DNA from: Elusimicrobiota bacterium
GTDB taxonomy: Bacteria > Elusimicrobiota > Elusimicrobia > UBA1565
Assembly (NCBI GenBank): GCA_043827405.1
Contig: JBDRPD010000105.1
Coordinates: forward strand, 1-64,000
Reading direction: 5' to 3'
Length of the DNA stretch: 64,000 nt
The notes under the pieces: generated by a model
What the model saw: only the letters and a program-made list of their open reading frames with translations
Databases searched by the model: none
What the model was told of the DNA's origin: nothing
Translations under genes and position numbers: made by a program
Part shown: in pieces, positions 56,105 to 64,000 of the stretch
Layout of the letters: each line of letters begins with the position of its first letter
How positions within the stretch are numbered: position 1 is the stretch's first letter

Positions 56105-58132
56105 ATGATTGCCCTTGACTTCCTGCAAGATCTTACCTTGGTCCTGATCTCCGCAGCGGCCGTGCTGCTGCTTTTCCGCCGCTTAAAGCAGCCGCCGGTC
56201 CTGGGGTATCTGGCGGTGGGGCTCATCCTCGGTCCTCACACGCCGCCGGTCAATTTGGTCGCCGATCCGCACAGCTTGGAGGCGTTGGCCGAGATTGGGG
56301 TCGTCTTCCTTTTGTTTGCGCTGGGGGTGGAGTTCAACCTCAAACGCCTGGCCGCGGTGGGCGCGCGGGCTCTGGTATGCGCGGGGCTTGAGGTGCTGCT
56401 GCTTTCGGCCGCGGGCTACTATGTCGGAATCCTCATCGGAATGAAGCCGTTGGGGGCACTGCTCTTCGGCGGGGTGATCTCGCTGGCCAGCACGGCGATC
56501 ACGGCCCGCATGCTCTTGGAGCACGGTGGAAGCTCTACGGGTTGGGGAGAGCTGGCCTCCGGGGTCCTGATTGCGGAGGACATTATTGCGGTGGTAATGA
56601 TCGCGTTCTTCGCCTCCGTCGGAGAGTTCGGCAGCCCCTCGGTCGCAACCGTCTTTTCGATGGTGGCGCGCTTCGGAATGCTTGTTACGCTGATCCTGGT
56701 GGCCGGGCTCCTGGTTCTTCCCGGTGTCCTCGCGCATATCGAGAAGTCCGGGATCAAAGAGGTCTACACACTCGTCATCATCGGGACGTGCTTCGGGGTC
56801 TCTTTTCTGACCGAGAAGCTGGGGTTCTCATCGGCGCTCGGTGCGTTTTTAGCAGGAGCCATGATGTCCGAGACGGCAACGGCAACCAAGCTCCGCGAGA
56901 GTGTCGAGCCCTTCAAGACGGTATTCGGGGCGGTGTTCTTCGTCGCAGTGGGGATGATGATCAATCCCAGCTGGATCTTCTTGCACTGGCAGCTCGCGCT
57001 TGGGCTGACGACGTTTGTGGTGCTGGCCCGGCTCGTGGTCAATTTCGGCGCACTTTCCCTGGCGGGTGAGGAGCCGGGGGGCGCGGTGCAGGCGACGCTC
57101 GCAAGGCTTCCCATAGGCGAGTTCTCGTTCATCCTGGCGCAGCTCGGCGACCGGCAGGGTCTTGCGGAGTGGCCGTTATATCCGTTGGCCGTGCTGCTGT
57201 GCCTGGGAACGACGCTCTTTTCCGCCAGTCTGCTGCCGCCGGTGGCCGCGGCGCCGGCGCGCGTTGAGCGCCTGCTTCCCGATATGCTCAAGCGTTTCTT
57301 GGTGGAGTACCGCTCCGGCCTCAAGAGGCTGTCGGTTCCCCGGCGGGCACGGTTGGTAATGGACCTCATCCGCCCTTCCGTGATCCAGATATTCCTAAAT
57401 GTCCTCGGGCTGAGCGGCCTGTTTCTCATGGCGAACGCCTTCGATAAGAGGTTCGGCTTCGACGTTCGTTATCCTGGCGGGGTGTGGCTGGCCGCGGCCT
57501 TTGTAATGCTGCCCTTTTTATTGGCTCTCTGGCGCAAAACCCAGGCCGTCACCTTGATTTTGCTGGAGGCCTTCACGACCCGGGGAGCGGATCCGCGTCC
57601 GCCGGCGGAGACCCATCCCTTGATGACGCGATTCATGCTCAGCATGGCCACGGTGGTCGTCGCCTGGTGGTTTCTGAGCATGAGCCTCAGTATCCTGCCT
57701 CCCTGGCCGTACACGCTGTTCCCGGTAGTCCTGATGCTGGGGGGCGGGATGTTCCTTTGGCGTGAGATGAACCGACTCTACTCTAAGATTCAGGTGAGGC
57801 TGCGAGAGACCCTGGAAAAGGGACACGCGCTGCCCGAGGCCGGAGCGACCGTGCTGTCGCATCTTGTGGAGAATCCCTCCCTGTCGCGAGTTCGCATCGC
57901 CTCATTTGTGATCAGCAAGCACTCGGGGGCGGCGGGTAAATCCATTCGAGAGCTGAACCTCCACGCATTGACCGGCGCCAGCATTGTCCAGGTCAACCAC
58001 TGCGGAGAGGCTTTCCCCTCCCCCGGGCCGTCGGTCAGGCTGCACGAGGGCGATGAGGTCCTTCTTGTTGGGACTCCAGAGGAAATTTCTTCGGCCAGGG
58101 AGCTCCTATGCGGAGGCGACCGTGCAAGATAG
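56105..58132 (+). CDS. CPA2-family cation:proton antiporter with C-terminal TrkA-C domain
   Basis: LKQPPVLGYL, AEIGVVFLLFALGVEF, LIAED, ALGAFLAG, FFVAVG, IGEFSFI. Confidence 0.92.
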   Translation: MIALDFLQDLTLVLISAAAVLLLFRRLKQPPVLGYLAVGLILGPHTPPVNLVADPHSLEALAEIGVVFLLFALGVEFNLKRLAAVGARALVCAGLEVLLLSAAGYYVGILIGMKPLGALLFGGVISLASTAITARMLLEHGGSSTGWGELASGVLIAEDIIAVVMIAFFASVGEFGSPSVATVFSMVARFGMLVTLILVAGLLVLPGVLAHIEKSGIKEVYTLVIIGTCFGVSFLTEKLGFSSALGAFLAGAMMSETATATKLRESVEPFKTVFGAVFFVAVGMMINPSWIFLHWQLALGLTTFVVLARLVVNFGALSLAGEEPGGAVQATLARLPIGEFSFILAQLGDRQGLAEWPLYPLAVLLCLGTTLFSASLLPPVAAAPARVERLLPDMLKRFLVEYRSGLKRLSVPRRARLVMDLIRPSVIQIFLNVLGLSGLFLMANAFDKRFGFDVRYPGGVWLAAAFVMLPFLLALWRKTQAVTLILLEAFTTRGADPRPPAETHPLMTRFMLSMATVVVAWWFLSMSLSILPPWPYTLFPVVLMLGGGMFLWREMNRLYSKIQVRLRETLEKGHALPEAGATVLSHLVENPSLSRVRIASFVISKHSGAAGKSIRELNLHALTGASIVQVNHCGEAFPSPGPSVRLHEGDEVLLVGTPEEISSARELLCGGDRAR

Positions 58133-58304
58133 GAACGAGAAGAAGGGCATATTACTCGTCGGGGTCCTGGTTTTAGCCGTTATTTCATGTCTTTTGGGAC
58201 CGTCGCTTTTGGATTTGCCTGGCTCTCAAGTGCAGGAATCGATTGTGCTGATATTGTTCCCCTTTTTTCTATTCTATGCGTGGTGGACTCGGAGCAGGCC
58301 TTAA
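58122..58304 (+). CDS. Small 2-TM hypothetical protein
   Basis: GTG 58122 after GGAGG; 60 aa with two hydrophobic stretches. Confidence 0.5.
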   Translation: MQDRNEKKGILLVGVLVLAVISCLLGPSLLDLPGSQVQESIVLILFPFFLFYAWWTRSRP

Positions 58305-58335
58305 CCTGTGATTAGGATTTTGCTTTACTACCGTT

Positions 58336-58746
58336 ATGTGCGAGACCAAGACGATCATATACGAGACCATGATCCGCGAGCAGTATCTGGACTCGCTCGG
58401 CCACGTCAACAACGCCGCCTACGCGACGCTGTTTGAGGAGGCGCGCTGGCAGCTGGTGACCGACGGCGGCTTCGGCCTCGACAACGTAAAACGGACGGGA
58501 TTATCGCCGGTCATTATCGAGATGAACCTGCGCTTCCGGCGCGAGGTGTGCAACCGAGAAAAGATCCGCATCGAGACGCGCTGTCTTTCCTATCTGGGGA
58601 AGATCTCGAAGCTCGAGCAGGTCATGTACAACGAGAAGGGCGAAGCGGCCTGCGTCGGCAAGTTTACCTTCGGGCTCTTCGACCTCAACTCGCGCCACCT
58701 CGTCGACCCGACGCCCGAGTGGCTCAAGGCGATCGGAGCGTCCTAG
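58336..58746 (+). CDS. Acyl-CoA thioesterase (4HBT/YbgC hot-dog family)
   Basis: LDSLGHVNNAAYATLFEEAR. Confidence 0.9.
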   Translation: MCETKTIIYETMIREQYLDSLGHVNNAAYATLFEEARWQLVTDGGFGLDNVKRTGLSPVIIEMNLRFRREVCNREKIRIETRCLSYLGKISKLEQVMYNEKGEAACVGKFTFGLFDLNSRHLVDPTPEWLKAIGAS

Positions 58747-59726
58747 TGCGCTGGTTCGTCCTGCTTCTCTTGCTAAGCGCTTGTGCTCCCCGCACGCCGC
58801 AGCACGATCCGCTGGAAGACGCAAAGAAAGCCCTCACGATGCCGATCCACCGCCTGGAATCGTACGCTTTTGATCCCATGGTTCCCATGAGCGAGCGGAT
58901 AGGCAATTGCGCGGGCTTTCTGGTCGAGTACTATGCCAAGATGGACGGCCGCGACAATTACCGGGCTTACACCGCGACGCCGGCGGAAAAAAAGCTTCTG
59001 GCCGACCGCATCGCCGAGCTCCCGGCCGGCATGCGCGCCGCCCTTGAGAAAAAGCTGATCGGCATCTGCTTTATCGAGAACTTCCTGGGCAACGGGCTGA
59101 CCGACTGGGTCGCGGGGCCGAACCAGGACCTCTACGCGAACATGGTCTTTAATCCCGCCGGCTTTAATAAGACGCTGTCGCAGACGCTGACCGAGCGCGA
59201 CTTGTCGGTATTCAAAGATGCCGCCGCGGTAAAGATCGACGCCGGCGGCAAGTTCCCCGGGATCGTCTACACGTTGCTGCACGAGATCACTCATGCCTAC
59301 GACTACGTCGCGGGAATTACGCCCTATACCGAGCCGCAAATCCGCTATGCCCTGCACGGCGGAAAAGGCATCAAGGTGAAGTGGGACGTCTGGGACGCCT
59401 ACTACCGGCCTAAAAAGGGCGCGGATTATCCCCTCCGCGGCAAGCTGGTGTTCTACGGTCTCGGCGAGGGGCCGCAGCTGCGGGCGGCGCAGGCGCCCAA
59501 GCTGTACCGGCAGTTGGAGGGCTCTCCTTTCGCCTCGCTATACGGGTCACAATCCTGGGGCGAAGACGTCGCCGAGCTGCACGTTTTCTACCACATAACC
59601 GAAGTTTTGCGGCAGCCTTACGCCATCACGGTTTCCGACGGAAAGGGCGGCAGCTTTATCGTCGAGCCGATGAAGAATCGGCGCGTCCGCAAGCGCGCGC
59701 AGTGGCTGTTCACGCAGCTCAAGTAG
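58746..59726 (+). CDS. Lipoprotein with zincin-like HExxH motif
   Basis: GTG start, lipobox LSAC; LLHEITHAYD; downstream SWGEDVAE. Confidence 0.65.
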   Translation: MRWFVLLLLLSACAPRTPQHDPLEDAKKALTMPIHRLESYAFDPMVPMSERIGNCAGFLVEYYAKMDGRDNYRAYTATPAEKKLLADRIAELPAGMRAALEKKLIGICFIENFLGNGLTDWVAGPNQDLYANMVFNPAGFNKTLSQTLTERDLSVFKDAAAVKIDAGGKFPGIVYTLLHEITHAYDYVAGITPYTEPQIRYALHGGKGIKVKWDVWDAYYRPKKGADYPLRGKLVFYGLGEGPQLRAAQAPKLYRQLEGSPFASLYGSQSWGEDVAELHVFYHITEVLRQPYAITVSDGKGGSFIVEPMKNRRVRKRAQWLFTQLK

Positions 59727-59766
59727 CCGCGCTTCCGGATTAGCTACAATTTACCTGGAGGACGCT

Positions 59767-60408
59767 ATGCCCAACACCTATTTGCCGATCGGACTATCCC
59801 TGAAGAACCGCCGCTGCCTGATCGTGGGCGGCGGCCATATCGCGCTGCGCAAGATCGAGGCGATGCTGGACTACGACTGCAGGATCACCGTCATCGCGCC
59901 CGAGACCGTCGAGAAGATCGATTACTTCGCGGAGGCCGGCCGCCTGACGCTGGCGAAGCGCGCCTACAGGTCCCCGGAGGCCAAAAAGTTCGGCATCGTC
60001 ATCGCGGCCTGCGACGACCGCAAGGTCAATAAAAAAATCGCCGCCGACTGCGAGAAGGCGGGCGTGCCGATCAACGTCGTCGACGACCCCGAGCTCTGCG
60101 GCTTCATCTTCCCCGCCATCGTCCAGCGCGACAACCTGACCGTCTCCGTATCGACCGACGGCAAGTCGCCCTTCCTGGCCGGGCACCTGCGGCTGATCCT
60201 CGAGGACATCTTTCCTGAGCGCTGGAAGAAGATCGCCGGAGCGGCCGCGCAGTTCCGGAGCATGGTTCGCCAGCGCTGGCCGAAGTCCCCCAAGGAGCAG
60301 ACGGCGTGCTACAAGCGCTTTGTCGAGGCCGATTGGAAGACGGTTCTGAAGGATAAAAAGGATGCCGGTGAGCTCGAGGACGTGCTCGTCGACCTGCTGA
60401 GCGAATAG
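59767..60408 (+). CDS. Precorrin-2 dehydrogenase / sirohydrochlorin ferrochelatase (SirC, CysG N-terminal type)
   Basis: LIVGGGHIALRK, NVVDDPELCGFIFPA, VSTDGKSP. Confidence 0.92.
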   Translation: MPNTYLPIGLSLKNRRCLIVGGGHIALRKIEAMLDYDCRITVIAPETVEKIDYFAEAGRLTLAKRAYRSPEAKKFGIVIAACDDRKVNKKIAADCEKAGVPINVVDDPELCGFIFPAIVQRDNLTVSVSTDGKSPFLAGHLRLILEDIFPERWKKIAGAAAQFRSMVRQRWPKSPKEQTACYKRFVEADWKTVLKDKKDAGELEDVLVDLLSE

Positions 60409-60409
60409 C

Positions 60410-61942
60410 ATGGCGGATGCGGCTCAGGGAGTCGTCTACCTTATCGGCGCCGGTCCCGGCGACCCCGAGCTTATCACGGTCAAAGGCAAGCGGCTCCTGG
60501 AGACCTGCGACGCGGTCATCTACGACAATCTCGTAGCCAACGAGTTCGTGCTGGCTCTCCCTGAGGCGGCGGAGAAGCACTATGTGGGGAAACGGGCCGG
60601 CCATCACTGCTTTTCCCAGGACGAGATCAACAAGCTCCTGGTCAAGCTCGGCAAGGAAGGCAAGCGCGTCGCCCGGCTTAAGGGCGGCGACCCCTTTGTT
60701 TTCGGCCGCGGCTCCGAGGAGGCGCGTTTTCTCAAGCAGCACGGCGTTCGCTTCGAGGTGGTCTCCGGCGTGACCTCCGGCGTCGCGGCGCTGGCCTATA
60801 ACGGCATCCCCTGCACCGACCGGAGCAAGTCATCTTTCGTTGTCTTCGCCACCGGTCACAAAGCGGGCGAGAAGCGCGAATCGTCCGTCCCCTGGGGCTG
60901 GATCGCCCAAGCGCGGCGGGGCACCGTCGTAATTTACATGGGTATCGGCGAGATGGAAGCCATCGTCGACCAGCTGCTCACCGGCGGCATGCCGCCGGAG
61001 ACTCCCGCCGCCGTCATCGAGCGCGGCACCTTTCCCTCGCAGCGGGTGGTCCAGGCCGAGCTGGCGGAGCTGCCGAAAAAGACCCGGGCGGCCGGCCTGC
61101 GTCCGCCGGCGATCATCGTCATCGGCGACGTGGTCAGCCTGCAGTCCGAGCTGGAGTGGTACGAGAAGCGGCCGCTGTCCGGCATTCGCGTCATGATCAC
61201 ACGGATCGCCGGTCAGGCGCGTGAGATGCGCGACTCCCTCCGGGATTTGGGCGCGGAGATCCTGTCCTATCCGACCTTGGCGGTCGAGACGCATGACGAC
61301 GCTGAAGGCTGGCGTTCTTTTGACCGGATCGGAAGCGGCGGCAAGTGGCTGGTGTTTACCAGCAGCAATGCCGTGCGGTTTTTTATCCGCCGCTTCGTGG
61401 AGCGCCGCGGTGATATCCGGCAGCTGGCGGGCTTTAAGATCGCGGCTGCGGGAGCAAGCACGGTGCAGGCGCTGCGTGATCTGCATCTGGAGACCGATTT
61501 CGCTCCCGCCATGGCGACCGTGGATACGCTGAGCGCGCGGATGCTCGAAGAGCTGGACCTTAAGGGCGCCGAAGTCGTGCGGGTGCGCGGCAATCTGGCG
61601 GCATCGACTATTGAGGACCGGTTCGAAGCGGCGGGCGTCCGGGTGACGCCGCTGACCGTCTACCAGACGCATAATCCCGTTTGGCCGGATGGGCTCAAGA
61701 GCAAACTGTTCGACCACCCGCCGCAGGTCCTGGTTTTTACCAGCGGCTCATCCGTCGAGGGCCTGTTCTCCAACCTGACAGAAGACGAAGTTCGTACTCT
61801 CACCGCCGGCGCAGTCATCGCCTCTATTGGCCCGATGACGAGCAGCGCCCTGCAGGCGCGCGGCTTGACCGTGACTCTGGAAACCAAGAAATTGACGGTT
61901 CCGGATCTTATCAAGTCCATCGCCGACCTCCACAAAAAATAG
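60410..61942 (+). CDS. Uroporphyrinogen-III C-methyltransferase / synthase fusion (CobA-HemD)
   Basis: GAGPGDPELIT, RLKGGDPFVFGRG; HemD half FTSSNAV, FTSGSSV, SIGPMT. Confidence 0.94.
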   Translation: MADAAQGVVYLIGAGPGDPELITVKGKRLLETCDAVIYDNLVANEFVLALPEAAEKHYVGKRAGHHCFSQDEINKLLVKLGKEGKRVARLKGGDPFVFGRGSEEARFLKQHGVRFEVVSGVTSGVAALAYNGIPCTDRSKSSFVVFATGHKAGEKRESSVPWGWIAQARRGTVVIYMGIGEMEAIVDQLLTGGMPPETPAAVIERGTFPSQRVVQAELAELPKKTRAAGLRPPAIIVIGDVVSLQSELEWYEKRPLSGIRVMITRIAGQAREMRDSLRDLGAEILSYPTLAVETHDDAEGWRSFDRIGSGGKWLVFTSSNAVRFFIRRFVERRGDIRQLAGFKIAAAGASTVQALRDLHLETDFAPAMATVDTLSARMLEELDLKGAEVVRVRGNLAASTIEDRFEAAGVRVTPLTVYQTHNPVWPDGLKSKLFDHPPQVLVFTSGSSVEGLFSNLTEDEVRTLTAGAVIASIGPMTSSALQARGLTVTLETKKLTVPDLIKSIADLHKK

Positions 61943-62000
61943 CAGAAACTCCTTATAAAATAAGGAGAAAGTAATATATTGTTATGTATTGTTTAATATG

Positions 62001-62065
62001 TTGACAAGTCATGGCTTTATTTGTAAAATGCATAAAGTCAATAAATAACCAATAAAGTCAATAAA
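62001..62065 (+). promoter_or_regulatory. Sigma70 promoter followed by a direct-repeat operator
   Basis: TTGACA-N17-TAAAAT (62001-62029); ATAAAGTCAATAAA at 62032 and 62052. Confidence 0.75.
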
Positions 62066-62080
62066 CAGGTTTAACGTCAG

Positions 62081-62860
62081 ATGAATGAACGATTTCTCTC
62101 CACGGGCCAAGCAGCGAAAATTTGCTCCGTCACCAGGGATACTGTTCTTAAGTGGATCAAGCTCGGCAAGATCGACGCCATCCAAACTCCGGGCGGGCAT
62201 TACCGGGTCAACCGCATCAGTCTAGACCCATATCTATCCAGCGATAAACCCGTCGCAGCGCTCCAGCCTGCTGATAAGCATGTCTCCTTCTGTTGGGAAT
62301 ACCATGCCAAGGAAGGCGAGATCGGTCATGACTGCCGCAAGTGCATGGTGTTTAAATCCCAGGCGCAGAAGTGCTATCTGATGGCCGGCCTCGGCGAGAA
62401 GGGCGGGCATGTGGGCGTGCACTGCAAGGACAACTGCTACGAATGCGAGTACTTCCGCTTCATTAATGACTCGGTGCCTAATGTCCTGCTGATCACCGAC
62501 AACGAGGACATGATCAAAAGGATGCAGGCGCGTACTTTGGACCGCATGATTCTCCGGGTCGCCAGCTGCGAATACGACACTTCCGCCATGGTCCATGATT
62601 TCAAGCCGGACTTCATCATCATCGATGATTCCCTGATCGGCGGCAGCCCGGATGGGCTGTGCCGGCACCTGATAAAGGACCCGCGGGTTCATGGGGCGCA
62701 AATCATTTTAGCCGTGCCGGAGGGGCGCAAGCGGGACACGCTGCTGGAAGGCGTATGCGCCTCAATGGTCATGCCGTTTAGCGTAGATCAGATGGAGGAG
62801 AGCTTTGACCGGCTCAGAAGAAGCCTGTGGGGTACCCGCAGGCCGCCGGCGCAGAATTGA
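62081..62860 (+). CDS. Excisionase-type HTH regulator with Cys-rich central domain and degenerate receiver-like C-terminus
   Basis: LSTGQAAKICSVTRDTVLKWIK.G...TPGGHYR; CWEY..C..C..C..C...C..C; KPDFIIID. Confidence 0.8.
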   Translation: MNERFLSTGQAAKICSVTRDTVLKWIKLGKIDAIQTPGGHYRVNRISLDPYLSSDKPVAALQPADKHVSFCWEYHAKEGEIGHDCRKCMVFKSQAQKCYLMAGLGEKGGHVGVHCKDNCYECEYFRFINDSVPNVLLITDNEDMIKRMQARTLDRMILRVASCEYDTSAMVHDFKPDFIIIDDSLIGGSPDGLCRHLIKDPRVHGAQIILAVPEGRKRDTLLEGVCASMVMPFSVDQMEESFDRLRRSLWGTRRPPAQN

Positions 62861-62877
62861 TCCGTGATTGGAGAGTT

Positions 62878-63408
62878 ATGATGCTAAAAGAGCCCAAGAT
62901 CAGCAATACGAAGTTAACCCTTGTTAAGGGCGATGTGACCGACACGGACGCGGACGCTTTTGTGTTTTACGCCCGCAACGACTTGCAGCTGGGTTCCGGC
63001 TACGGCACGGCGATTACCCTGAGAGGCGGCCCCGGCATCAAGAAGGAGTTGGACGCGATCGGCAGGGTGGCGACGGGCAAGGCCGTGGCGACTGGTGCCG
63101 GTGAGATGAAGGCGAAGGTCATCATCCACGCCTGCGGACCCAAGTTCCAGGAGGAGGACGAGGAGAAAAAGCTGCGCGATACCATGCAGTCTTCCCTAAA
63201 ATGCGCCGATGAGAAGGGCGTGAAGACGCTCGCATTCCCCCCCATGGGCTCAGGCTTCTACGGCATCCCGCTGGACATGTGCCGCAAGGTCATGATCGAG
63301 GAGATCCGGAAGCACCTTGAAGGCAAGACTTGCCTCGAGGAAGTCCGGATCGTCGTGCCGGACCCGAGAGAAGAGGGGCCTTTCGGCGAGGCCATCAAGA
63401 GCCTCTAA
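62878..63408 (+). CDS. Macro-domain protein (divergent)
   Basis: LVKGDVT, AVATGAG.M.AKVIIHACGP, TLAFPPMGSGFYG. Confidence 0.88.
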   Translation: MMLKEPKISNTKLTLVKGDVTDTDADAFVFYARNDLQLGSGYGTAITLRGGPGIKKELDAIGRVATGKAVATGAGEMKAKVIIHACGPKFQEEDEEKKLRDTMQSSLKCADEKGVKTLAFPPMGSGFYGIPLDMCRKVMIEEIRKHLEGKTCLEEVRIVVPDPREEGPFGEAIKSL

Positions 63409-63429
63409 AGGCTTCCGAGGAGAGAAACT

Positions 63430-64000
63430 ATGCAAGAAATGAGTGGATTGCTGCATTTTGCGGAAACACGGCTGCAGGAGGCCGCCTTGGTCTGGATGGC
63501 CTGCGTGTACGCCTTCAAGATCCGGTGGCTGCTGAGCTTTAAGGACGGCAAGGACGGGTCCATCGCCACGGGTATGGGCGCGGTGGACAAGGAGACGGGC
63601 AAGTGGTACTCGATGGCCAACATCGTCATGCCGTGGGCCATGGAGAGCACCCGGAAGAACCCCTTCTTCTACCTCCAATTCGTGCTCTTCCATCTGGGAG
63701 TGGTGGCGTCGATCAGCATGTCCTTCGTTATCCCGTACATGCCCTTCCTGCTGAAAAACGCCCTGGTGGTCAAGGTCATCCAAGGGCTCTGCGCCACGGC
63801 CTGCGTCATCGGCATCGGCCGGATGATCCGGCGCATCGTCAGACCGGTTATGCGGCTGATCAGCACTCCGGATGACTACTTCTCGCTGGCCCTCTTGACC
63901 GTGTGGTTCGCCGTGGCGACGCTGGCGGCGCCCAACGACATCAGCGGCGGCGAAGGGATCATGCTGACCTACTTCTTCATGACCGCGTTCTTTCTGATCT
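63430..64000 (+). CDS. NarI/DsrM/HmcE-like membrane cytochrome b (partial; runs off the window)
   Basis: Own translation MQEMSGLLHF...MPWAMESTR...VLFHLGV...RRIVRPVMRLISTPDDYFSL..., open to 64000; GAGGAG SD. Confidence 0.7.
   Translation, partial: MQEMSGLLHFAETRLQEAALVWMACVYAFKIRWLLSFKDGKDGSIATGMGAVDKETGKWYSMANIVMPWAMESTRKNPFFYLQFVLFHLGVVASISMSFVIPYMPFLLKNALVVKVIQGLCATACVIGIGRMIRRIVRPVMRLISTPDDYFSLALLTVWFAVATLAAPNDISGGEGIMLTYFFMTAFFLI

Noticed and set aside
62081..62860. Prophage excisionase
   Set aside because: Multi-domain regulator with no integrase or phage genes nearby

Overview
High-GC bacterial chromosomal window. Left to right: tRNA-Ala(GGC); SulP-STAS-cNMP transporter; TPR/TM Ser/Thr kinase; phosphate module (two tandem Na/Pi cotransporters, phoRB, with candidate Pho boxes); pntAAB transhydrogenase; periplasmic nitrate reductase napDAB with a tetraheme NapB-like subunit; arsR divergent from an acr3-hgcA-hgcB mercury-methylation operon; a repeat-containing DUF222-like gene; a 14-kb signalling/transport cluster (2 sensor kinases, 1 truncated kinase, 5 receivers without DNA-binding domains, a PEP-synthase-like phosphotransferase, TauE and SLC13 transporters); qmoC-qmoA-qmoB-dsrABDNLCTMKJOP (apparently reductive dissimilatory sulfite reduction with DsrD and a DsrL-2-like protein); a more AT-rich insert (NhaR-like LysR, two TerB, Gre C-terminal domain, pilin, CPA2 antiporter); siroheme genes; and the start of an operon with a Cys-rich Xis-HTH regulator, a divergent macro domain and a second DsrM-like protein. 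Main points: Hg methylation is translationally coupled to arsenite efflux; nap, hgc and dsr sit together in a host whose pilin and kinase resemble Elusimicrobiota (inference from memory, untested); a perfect 36-bp palindrome containing an FNR box lies at a class II position before dsrA, and a second box covers the napD start. All calls come from motif reading only; no searches were run.
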